Shown here: one piece after another, positions 1-8,156 of the stretch
Position numbering within the stretch: the first letter of the stretch is position 1
Layout of the letters: each line of letters starts with the position of its first letter
Source of the DNA: Methanothrix sp.
Lineage (GTDB): Archaea; Halobacteriota; Methanosarcinia; Methanotrichales; Methanotrichaceae
Length of the DNA stretch: 32,661 nucleotides
Assembly: GCA_040770465.1 (NCBI GenBank)
Contig: JAXGJB010000034.1
Span: forward strand, 1 to 32,661
Direction of reading: 5' to 3'
The notes under the pieces: generated by a model
Database searches by the model: none
Told to the model about the DNA's origin: nothing
The model's input: the letters and a program-made list of their open reading frames with translations, nothing else
Made by a program: the position numbers and the translations under genes

Positions 1-41
1 GCAAAATAGATGACAGGCCTGTATTGATCTGTTTTATTCAT
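1..41 (-). CDS. 5' end of a gene running off the left edge (MNKTDQYRPVIYF...)
   Basis: ATG at 41-39 on the minus strand, preceded by an AGGTGA Shine-Dalgarno-like motif (52-47); frame open to the window edge. Only 13 codons are visible. Confidence 0.4.
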   Translation of the reverse strand, partial: MNKTDQYRPVIYF

Positions 42-422
42 CTCTTTCACCTATGCCCTTCGTCCGCGAATGTGAAAGCACCTGGAGGCGTCGGAACGCA
101 TCGGAGAAGCCCTCCTCGGGGTGGATTTCTCGGGGCCGCAGCTGAAGATCCCCGCTCGCCTAAATGCACCTCACACAAATGCAACTCACCCGCAACTCCA
201 ATTTTATCTGTGGCCGTGGTCAATATAATCCTCATCGATTTTACAATACCCGTCACCGCGTAGCCATTGATGTATTTAAATGTTATGATTGACTAGATCG
301 CTTAAACGTTATTGAGCCCAACATGGCCACCTCATTTATAATTATTTCATTCAGGAAAAGATGAAAAGGATAGGGATGAGGGCTCCATGGCCGCCCAGCG
401 CTCCATCCACCTCCTCTTCTGA

Positions 423-827
423 TCAGGCGATTCTGTCACCGGCGGTAGGGCCGGAGTTCGCCTCGTAGATCTCCTCGACCTTGAAGATCACAGCCCGCCT
501 CATGTTGAGGTCCGGCCTTCGGGCCCGGACCGACTCGGCCATCTCCTCGAAGATCGGCCCCTCGTCCGCGAAGGTCACCGACCCCTTGATCTGGTAGGAC
601 CTTCTGGGGTCCTTGTTCCAGCAGACGACCGAGGCCTGGGGGTTCTCAGCCAGGTTCGTCGCGGTCTTGTTGAAGAAGTTGTCCGCAAAGACCAGGGTCT
701 CGTCGTCTCTTATCTTCAAGATCCCCATGAAGACGACGTTCGGCTTTCCGTCGGAGGAGGCGGTCGCGAAGGGAATGGGCCACTGCTTCTCCAGGGTCTC
801 TCTCACCAGAGGGGGCATATTCACCAT
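423..827 (-). CDS. Pyridoxamine 5'-phosphate oxidase-family FMN-binding protein
   Basis: 134 aa with the split-barrel FMN-binding pattern ATASSDGKPNV...FADNFFNKTATNLAENP...SYQIKG. Confidence 0.85.
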   Translation of the reverse strand: MVNMPPLVRETLEKQWPIPFATASSDGKPNVVFMGILKIRDDETLVFADNFFNKTATNLAENPQASVVCWNKDPRRSYQIKGSVTFADEGPIFEEMAESVRARRPDLNMRRAVIFKVEEIYEANSGPTAGDRIA

Positions 828-860
828 ATGATCATCACCACCAGCTTTACTGGCTGCAGT

Positions 861-2264
861 TTATTTATCCCTTGCTCTTTGGGCGCACTTAATGAAGTGA
901 CTGGGAAACTCCCGATAGGAGGCTGCATGAAAGTGGTTGTAGGAGGCGACCAGGTTCCCCTCGACGATCCCGTCCATGCCGTTCTCGATCCCGGTCCCAC
1001 GCCGGAGCCGGATGGCGTACTCGACCTTCGATCCGGCGTCGTCGTCAATGACCAGCTCCGAGTGGTGAAACTCGTGGCCGAGGAAGGTTGCGCCCCGAGG
1101 CCCCATGGAGCATTCGCGAAGAAACTCGCCCTCTGTGTAGCTGACGATCCTGCGGCTTCCCCTTCTGGTCTTTGCCGGGACGAGGCCGACGGCCGGACGG
1201 GACTCGCCATCCCAATCGATCTCCTCGCAGAGGTACATCAGCCCCCCGCACTCGGCGAATATGGGGATGTCGTCCTCGTGGGCTCGCCTTATGGAGGCGA
1301 TCATCGATCGGTTCTCCGATAGCTCCTTCGCGTAAAGTTCGGGGTACCCGCCGCCGATGTAAAGGCCGTCAACCTCCGGGAGGGCGGTATCGTGGATCGG
1401 GCTCACCGGGACCACCTCAGCTCCGGCAAGCTCGATGAGCTCGATGTTCTCCCGATAGTAGAAGTTGAAGGCCTCGTCCAGGGCGACGCCGATCCTGACC
1501 CCATCGCCCTCGCCATTCGGCCTGTAGAGGTCGGGCTCTGGCGGCTCCAGGGGCGCGGCCTCGGCGGCGATCTCCAGGATCCGGTCGATCTCCAGGCCGT
1601 CCTCCACCACCTTTTGGATCTTATCGAGCCTCTCCGCAAACCCTGGGTACCTCCTCTCCCCTTCCAGCATCGGGACCAGCCCCAGGTGGCGCATCGAGAG
1701 GTGCATCGACTCGTCTCTCGGGATCACCCCGACGACCTCGACCCCGGCATGGTCCCGGATCGCCGAGATCGCCTTCTTCGCGTGCCGCTCGCCCCCGACC
1801 TTGTTGAGGATCACTCCTCTTATGTCCACGGCGGGGTCGAAGTCGACGTACCCCTTGACGAGAGCCGCGGCGCTCCGGGTGATGGACCGCGCGTCCACCA
1901 CCAGGATGACGGGCGCCTTCAACATCTTGGCGATCTGGGCTGTGCTGCCGCGGTCGCCGTCGTACCCCTCGTAGAGACCCCGGACCCCCTCGATGACGGC
2001 GACGTCCGCCCCCTCGGCGGCGTGGGCGTAGACCTCCCGGATCGTCTTCTCGGGCATCAGGTGGCCGTCGAGGTTTCTGCACCATCGGCCGGTGATCCCC
2101 GTATGGTAGCTGGGGTCGATGTAGTCGAGGGCGACCTTGTAGGACTGGACCGATAGGCCCCTTCCCCGGAGGGCCGAGAGGAGCCCCGCCACGATCGTCG
2201 TCTTGCCGCTGGAGCTTCGATCCCCGGCGAGGAGGACTCTGGGCAGGTCGGCGATCGCGCTCAT
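861..2264 (-). CDS. cfbB: Ni-sirohydrochlorin a,c-diamide synthase (CbiA/CobB-like amidotransferase, F430 biosynthesis)
   Basis: The likely start is [10 protein letters not shown] (ATG at 2264, ATGA overlap with the cfbC stop). Motifs [22 protein letters not shown] and glutaminase motifs GGGYPE, AECGG, HEFH; adjacent to a NifH-like gene. Confidence 0.85.
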   Translation of the reverse strand: MSAIADLPRVLLAGDRSSSGKTTIVAGLLSALRGRGLSVQSYKVALDYIDPSYHTGITGRWCRNLDGHLMPEKTIREVYAHAAEGADVAVIEGVRGLYEGYDGDRGSTAQIAKMLKAPVILVVDARSITRSAAALVKGYVDFDPAVDIRGVILNKVGGERHAKKAISAIRDHAGVEVVGVIPRDESMHLSMRHLGLVPMLEGERRYPGFAERLDKIQKVVEDGLEIDRILEIAAEAAPLEPPEPDLYRPNGEGDGVRIGVALDEAFNFYYRENIELIELAGAEVVPVSPIHDTALPEVDGLYIGGGYPELYAKELSENRSMIASIRRAHEDDIPIFAECGGLMYLCEEIDWDGESRPAVGLVPAKTRRGSRRIVSYTEGEFLRECSMGPRGATFLGHEFHHSELVIDDDAGSKVEYAIRLRRGTGIENGMDGIVEGNLVASYNHFHAASYREFPSHFIKCAQRARDK

Positions 2265-3055
2265 ATGAGGGACAGCTCCCGGAGCCTCTCGTCGTCGATG
2301 GGCACGGGGTGCTTCGGCATCGAGTCCCCGGCGACGTGCTCCGCCAGCTTTCGGTAGACCGAGGCGATATCCGAGTCGGGCGCCCCCTCGATCACCGAGA
2401 TCCCTCTCCTCTCGCACATCTGGACGATGGGGTCTTTCGGGATGAAGGCGACCATCTCGCTTCCGATCTCCCGAGCGAACTTCTCGACGATCTCCCTCTC
2501 GCCAGAGGCCTCTCTGGAGTTGCATATGACCCCTGCCAGCGGCGTTTTCAGCCTCTTCAACCCCCGGCAGATGTTGTTTGCGGCGTAGATCGGCATGTAC
2601 TCTCCCGAGGTTATGATGTAGGCCTCGGTGACAAGCCCCTTTCTTATGGGGGCGGAGAAGCCGCCGCAGACGATGTCGCCCGGCACGTCGTAGAGGGTGA
2701 GGTCGATCTCGTCGAGGACCTTTGAGACCTTCCTCAGAAACTCGATGGCGACGATGATCCCCCGTCCTGCGCAGCCTACGCCCGGCTCGGGACCCCCGAC
2801 CTCGATGCACTTGACGCCGCCGTACCCCTCGAAGACGACGTCCTCCTCGGCGATCTCCCCCCCGGCCCGTATCAGGTCCATCATCGTCGGGATCCTCCGT
2901 CCGACGAGGGTTATCGTCGAGTCGCTCTTGGGATCGCAGCCCACCATCAGCACCCGAAGCCCTTTCTCGGCGCAGGCCGCCGCGACGTTTGAGGCGGTGC
3001 AGGACTTTCCTATCCCCCCTTTGCCGTATATCGCAACATGCTTAACCTGGGACAT
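2261..3055 (-). CDS. cfbC: NifH-like reductase subunit of Ni-sirohydrochlorin a,c-diamide reductive cyclase
   Basis: [10 protein letters not shown]-loop, GCDPKSDS, and Fe-S ligand motifs [13 protein letters not shown] and DIVCGGF. Coupled to cfbB, with no nifDK nearby. Confidence 0.88.
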   Translation of the reverse strand: MSQVKHVAIYGKGGIGKSCTASNVAAACAEKGLRVLMVGCDPKSDSTITLVGRRIPTMMDLIRAGGEIAEEDVVFEGYGGVKCIEVGGPEPGVGCAGRGIIVAIEFLRKVSKVLDEIDLTLYDVPGDIVCGGFSAPIRKGLVTEAYIITSGEYMPIYAANNICRGLKRLKTPLAGVICNSREASGEREIVEKFAREIGSEMVAFIPKDPIVQMCERRGISVIEGAPDSDIASVYRKLAEHVAGDSMPKHPVPIDDERLRELSLI

Positions 3056-3164
3056 GTTCTATCTCCAGAACGCCCAGAGCTTCGCCATGGGATATACAGG
3101 TTATCCAAGTTGGTGTTACTGAACCTTGGGAAGTCCGGAGAAGATGAGATCGAATTTCGCGGGT

Positions 3165-6149
3165 ATGAAGTCGGGAGTAGCGGCTGAGAGATCCGTAGCA
3201 GAGGGGGTGGTGAGAAGGGCCGTCGGCATTCTGGCGATCCTGGCGATCCTTGTCCTTCTGGCCAATGCCATGGGGGCCAGGGGCCAGGTGCCGGAGGCTC
3301 TGGTCCGGGGCTCCTTCTCCGATGGGAACGGGAGCTGGAACGCCGAGACCTTCGGCTGGTTCTACTACGACCTGGACGAGGGGACCGGCGGCGAGAGGCT
3401 CACCATCGAGGCGGAAGATAGAGAGGTGAAAGAGGGTCACCTCGTCTATTCGAGCGAGGTCTGGACCGAGGAGTTCGACTTCGACGAGTGGGGCCGCTAT
3501 GAGGCTGTGGCCTTCCTGGGGAAGAGGTACCTTGCAGGCTACCCCGATAGCAACTTCACCGACGCCGTCTCCGCCCTGGAGGACGGCGAGCTCTGGGAGG
3601 TTCTCATCGACTCCGATGCCGCCCTGACCGCCACCACCGAGGAGCCGTTGTTCTTGCTTGCTGGATACTCGATCGAGGTGGGTGGAGTCTCTTCCGACGG
3701 AAATGAGGCCTATCTGATCCTGAAGAAATTCGGAATCGAGGTGGACCGGGCCGTGGTGAGGGCCGGCGACACCTACGTCTACGAGGCGGAAGGCGGCGAA
3801 GACGGAGATGACGACTTTCCCTTAATCCTGGTCCACGTCAGCGCGGCGATGGAGGGCTCAAATAGGGACATCGTCGACTTCAACGGGATCTTCCAGGTTC
3901 AGGACTTACCCACCTACAGGCTCGAGGCGGGCGACATCTTCGGCCTGATGGAGGTGGCGACGCTATCCGAGAGAAAGATCGAGCTTGAGAACGCTGAGGA
4001 TCTGGTCCTTCGGAGGGACAGCACCATCGTTCTTCTCGGCAATCTGATGCTGAGGGTGAGAGATACTTCATCGCTGGTCTATTATCCGCAGGGAGCCATC
4101 ACCGAGTACGGCGTCTACGAGATAAGGGGAACAGTGTACAGTGAGAACTCGAACGTTCCGATCAGCACGGCAACCGGAGAATTTGTCGGATATGCCCAGG
4201 CTCGATGGAACTATGAGAACTTCACTGGTTTTTATTTCGACGATGATAAAAAATTAGGTTTTGAGCCGCTAATAATTCACAGAACCGATGGCAGGTTTAT
4301 AAGAACAGCCCGTAGTGACGGTGGGAGATTAGTTGAGGGCGCAGAGTACGCGGGCTATGTCCAATACGTGGATTTTGAGTTTGATCCTTGGGGAAGCTAC
4401 CAGGCGTTGTGTTTCCTCGGACAACCATGGTTTGTTGGTTACGGACCGGGCGCCAAGTTGGATGTAGAAGAGAAGAGTATGCTGGAGCAGAACCAGATCG
4501 GCCTCGTTCTCATAGATACAGATCAGAGAGACAGAGCTGTGGCGGGAGAGGTCTATTTTCTGGGGGAGGGATATACCCTCTACATCCGCGACGTAGTAAA
4601 AGACGACGTCGAAAAAGATGAGATCTTCATCGAGTTGAGTAAGAACAATCAATTGGTGGACTCCGCTGTAGTCGAATCGAACTCCACATATATCTACAAG
4701 AGGGACGTGGGTGATGTCAAAGATCTGCCCATAATCGCTCTCCATGTAGAAAGCGTCTACAGTGACAGGGATGATCAGTTCGCCATAATTGATGGGCTAT
4801 TTCAGATATCAGACAGCCAGTATCTAACAATCGAGTATGGAGATGAACTTGGTGAATTGACAATCTATAATATCAATCCAGACTTAGGAGTTTTTTTGGC
4901 CAATTATGGGGAGATTTCCCTGAGGCGCGATTCCACAGTTGCCATCCTGCCGGGCATGAGCATAAAAGTAGCCGACAACGACACACTGAGATATTACATC
5001 TACGTGAACGAGTATGTTCTGCCCACTCCTGAAATAATCGATGTTTACCTCCCCGGAGAGCCAGTCCCGTCGGTCGGGAAGGCCAACTTCTCGGTCTTCG
5101 TTCTCGGAGGGAATATTGTCAGCATCACCGCAGAGACCGTCGACTCTCAGGGCAGAAGAATGGTACTTGGAGACCTGACGGCTTCAGGGGTAGGGAAAGA
5201 AAACCAGTGGCTTTATTCATGGCAGTGGAATGCCACTGTCCCGGCCCTCAGCGATGACAGGACCATCCTCCCTGTGTTGGATCTCCAGGGAGGTGTTCTA
5301 CAAGTCAACAACACCACGGAACCGGTCCAGGTGTTGGTGGGCTTCGATGGAGCCGGACGGATCGATCTCATCCAGGGCACTGCAGGTGAGATTTACTACA
5401 TATCCCCCGACGAATATGAAACGCTGGGGGCTTCCTTGAGTTACGTGGAGATGGCCTCCAATGAGACGCTGCGAAAAAGGTACATTAAGGTCGAGCCCGG
5501 AGTTAGCGAAATCGAGTTCTTCCAAATTGTTGATGGCACCGCCATCCTTGACAATACGAGCCATAAGCTCTGGTACTCCTCCCAGGGGATCGAGCCTCAC
5601 CTGATCAGTGTCGGAGCCCCACCGGGAAGGTACGAAATCAGGCTTCAAGTAGAAAACCCAACGGGTAGCGTTTCGAGGAACGGTCTTTACTTCTACGTCT
5701 CGGGGCCGGATCTGCGGTCTGTCGCCGTCGGGTCGGCGACGGTTGCCGTCGACGAGAGGTTCACCCTCCCCCTGAAGATCCCGGCGTCCGAGAACGAGAC
5801 GATGGTGACCCTCGTCTTCGATCCCGACCGCCTCAGCTTTGAGGGGATCGATAGCGTCGAGTGCGATATCGAGCAGGATCTTTCAGAAAAGGGAGAGATC
5901 GCCCTCGCCATCCCAGCAAACTGCACGGCAATCAACCTCACCTTCCTGGCCGATGGAGATGAGGGACCGTCCGATGTGGAGATCGTGGAGCTTGTGGGGA
6001 TCGAGGTCGACGAGGTCGTGAACGGGACCGTAAACGTCACCGTGACCCAGCGGTCGGAGGGTCGGGCCCCCGCCCCTGGGGCGGCATTCGCCCTGCTGGT
6101 GGTGGGGCTAGCCTTCTTCCTCGCGGGGCGGCGGAGGATGTGTGGCTGA
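3165..6149 (+). CDS. S-layer-domain (DUF1608-type duplication) cell-surface protein with C-terminal membrane anchor
   Basis: Signal peptide; two homologous modules (WNAETFGWFYYDLD / WNYENFTGFYFDDD; WGRYEAVAFLG / WGSYQALCFLG; GDTYVYE / NSTYIYK); C-terminal APAPG + hydrophobic helix + RRR. Start uncertain (3126-3208). Confidence 0.8.
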   Translation: MKSGVAAERSVAEGVVRRAVGILAILAILVLLANAMGARGQVPEALVRGSFSDGNGSWNAETFGWFYYDLDEGTGGERLTIEAEDREVKEGHLVYSSEVWTEEFDFDEWGRYEAVAFLGKRYLAGYPDSNFTDAVSALEDGELWEVLIDSDAALTATTEEPLFLLAGYSIEVGGVSSDGNEAYLILKKFGIEVDRAVVRAGDTYVYEAEGGEDGDDDFPLILVHVSAAMEGSNRDIVDFNGIFQVQDLPTYRLEAGDIFGLMEVATLSERKIELENAEDLVLRRDSTIVLLGNLMLRVRDTSSLVYYPQGAITEYGVYEIRGTVYSENSNVPISTATGEFVGYAQARWNYENFTGFYFDDDKKLGFEPLIIHRTDGRFIRTARSDGGRLVEGAEYAGYVQYVDFEFDPWGSYQALCFLGQPWFVGYGPGAKLDVEEKSMLEQNQIGLVLIDTDQRDRAVAGEVYFLGEGYTLYIRDVVKDDVEKDEIFIELSKNNQLVDSAVVESNSTYIYKRDVGDVKDLPIIALHVESVYSDRDDQFAIIDGLFQISDSQYLTIEYGDELGELTIYNINPDLGVFLANYGEISLRRDSTVAILPGMSIKVADNDTLRYYIYVNEYVLPTPEIIDVYLPGEPVPSVGKANFSVFVLGGNIVSITAETVDSQGRRMVLGDLTASGVGKENQWLYSWQWNATVPALSDDRTILPVLDLQGGVLQVNNTTEPVQVLVGFDGAGRIDLIQGTAGEIYYISPDEYETLGASLSYVEMASNETLRKRYIKVEPGVSEIEFFQIVDGTAILDNTSHKLWYSSQGIEPHLISVGAPPGRYEIRLQVENPTGSVSRNGLYFYVSGPDLRSVAVGSATVAVDERFTLPLKIPASENETMVTLVFDPDRLSFEGIDSVECDIEQDLSEKGEIALAIPANCTAINLTFLADGDEGPSDVEIVELVGIEVDEVVNGTVNVTVTQRSEGRAPAPGAAFALLVVGLAFFLAGRRRMCG

Positions 6150-6378
6150 GCTTCTCCGCCAGAGATCCGCTCTTTTCGTCTCTGCCGCGAAGCCGTTGCC
6201 AACTCGTCTATCCTTTAGGTTGGGGATGAAGTGGACACTCGCCCGTTTTTCGTTCTCCTTTAAATCGATAACACATTAGTGACTGTTCATGGAATCTGGG
6301 CAACAAAGACTTGACTATTTCTGAATTCCGGAAAGCTGCGCGCTGTTTGATATTATCTGCATGGGGTGTATTCATAAT

Positions 6379-7794
6379 TCATTTTTTGCATTCATATTTG
6401 CATCTGCCATTTTTATCGAATTCGCACGCCACTTTTTTCATGTTTTCCATATGATATATCTTTATCTTATCTTCATTTAGCACATCTGGATCGATTATTA
6501 TGAATGAATTGGTACATGACTCCCCTGCTTCGTCCTTTACCCATGAACCACAATTATATACATCTAATTGAGATGCAGAATCTGTTATTCTCCCAGCTTT
6601 ATGGGTATGACCAAATATATAAGACTGAATTTTATCGCCACAATTCCCTTGGTCTACCATCAAGTTCAGATATGTGTAGCCTTTCATCTCAATGCAGACA
6701 TCGTTTGCAACGATTTCAGGCAGAACATTATCAACGGTCTTATTGCGCATGCTGCTAATTGTACCGGTGAGGATTCCTGGGAGGATTATGCTTATCATCT
6801 TGGGCAATAGAAGAGCTACAATCCCAGAAAATAAGGCGAATAGACCTACAGGGCTTAGACTATCGGCCGGATTTAAATCACCCAAATTATTATCTGGTAG
6901 TATTAAATACAATCCTGCCTGAGCAAGGAATACTATTATAGCGATAATTGCATGCCATCTTTTATTGTATGTCCTCCAAATAAAATCTCTCGCCGTTCTT
7001 ACTACGTCATCAAGCTTAGAATAATACAATAAAGAATATACTGAAGAAAGGTTCGCTTCGAGATCCTGATAAATCTCCTCTGAGGATATACATTTTGATA
7101 ATAATCTCTCATGTATCTTCGATTTTGATAAAAACTTTGAGAGAAGTTTGATAATTCGAGCTAGTAATTTCTTTGATTGGCGTTGTTCTTTTGTGTTGTA
7201 ATGGCCGTGATCAAAGTACACCATGCCTATATTTTCAAATTTCTTTTTATAATGTGGGTAGAAAAATTTTACATCATCCAGTCCGATGTCGATATCTATC
7301 TCTTCAGTCATTATATAAGATTTATTGTCCTCTCCACATTTTTGTTTGTCGCCGTCACCTTCTTCATTCTGGATGCCCTCGTCCTCATTTTCATCGCTAT
7401 TCTTTCCTTCAATAATCTTATTATATCGCTCCTTTGTATTTATTGCCCAGCGGATCTCTTGCAAGAAATGATCGTGGTTTCCTAATACATATATAAGTTC
7501 TGCACCTTCATCTTGATGTTCTCTTACATAATTTGTCAATCTTTCAAAGAATTTTATATCATCTGCGTTATCCCAGGCGTATTTGAATTCCACTCTCCAC
7601 AAATCAAAAATATCACCTAGCAAGATGATTGTCTTTGGCTTGATTTCATCTTTAATCAGGTCCAATAGATTGATCAAATCCGCTAAATTCGTCTCTTCTT
7701 TTTCTGTAGGATCATGGACGACTCCAAAATGGGTATCTGATAAAACCACAGCTCGATTTGTACAGGTTCCGTCGCCCATCTTCCATCTCACCAA
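6379..7794 (-). CDS. Calcineurin-like metallophosphoesterase (LpxH-like motif set) with two internal transmembrane helices
   Basis: Motifs SDTHFG, LGDIFD, GNHD, DHGH, FGHTH, NCGSW; hydrophobic segments WHAIIAIIVFLAQAGLYLIL and VGLFALFSGIVALLLPKMISIILPGIL. Very AT-rich (15/60 GC at 7081-7140). Confidence 0.85.
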   Translation of the reverse strand: MVRWKMGDGTCTNRAVVLSDTHFGVVHDPTEKEETNLADLINLLDLIKDEIKPKTIILLGDIFDLWRVEFKYAWDNADDIKFFERLTNYVREHQDEGAELIYVLGNHDHFLQEIRWAINTKERYNKIIEGKNSDENEDEGIQNEEGDGDKQKCGEDNKSYIMTEEIDIDIGLDDVKFFYPHYKKKFENIGMVYFDHGHYNTKEQRQSKKLLARIIKLLSKFLSKSKIHERLLSKCISSEEIYQDLEANLSSVYSLLYYSKLDDVVRTARDFIWRTYNKRWHAIIAIIVFLAQAGLYLILPDNNLGDLNPADSLSPVGLFALFSGIVALLLPKMISIILPGILTGTISSMRNKTVDNVLPEIVANDVCIEMKGYTYLNLMVDQGNCGDKIQSYIFGHTHKAGRITDSASQLDVYNCGSWVKDEAGESCTNSFIIIDPDVLNEDKIKIYHMENMKKVACEFDKNGRCKYECKK

Positions 7795-8037
7795 TATATA
7801 GTAGTTTTTTTTACTAATTAAACTTTTCGTCTCATAGAATTTTCATCATTATGTTTAGATGGAATAGATTCCAACAAACGGATTACTGCAGGATATTTTC
7901 GGGAGAAAAACACTATAGAACTAGCTGAAGCAATCGTGGTTAGAAATCCCAAATTCAAAGTCTTCCCTCTCAATAAAAATAAGCTATATGGATGAAGAGA
8001 ACCGGGAGACAACCCGCCAAAAGACGGGATCTGCCCC

Positions 8038-8082
8038 TCAGATCCTCAGACCCCTGCCCAGCCCCGCCGGTCGGGCGAGGTT
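8038..8082 (-). repeat. Diverged copy of the last 15 codons of the radical SAM gene (att-like direct repeat)
   Basis: 37/45 nt identical, ungapped, to 13788-13832; encodes NLARPAGLGRGLRI* versus NLARAAGLDRGLGI*. Confidence 0.85.
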
Positions 8083-8156
8083 ACGGAAATACCGGATTGA
8101 GGTTGAGCAGGAGGGTCGAACCGGAAGATGGAACCGGCTGAACTCTCGATTAACAT

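Noticed and set aside
2265-2810. Arg-rich N-terminal extension of the 649-aa ORF 861..2810
   Set aside because: Alternative-frame overlap with cfbC; homology to CbiA/CfbB begins at the ATG at 2264.
2261-3055. Nitrogenase nifH / nitrogen fixation
   Set aside because: No nifDK or nifI genes nearby; coupling to the amidotransferase indicates CfbC of F430 synthesis.
6163-8032. Imperfect inverted repeat AGATCCGCTCTTTT (near 6163) / AAAAGACGGGATCT (near 8019) flanking the low-GC phosphoesterase block
   Set aside because: 12/14 match only, no target duplication or transposase; both may simply be T-tract terminators after gene ends.
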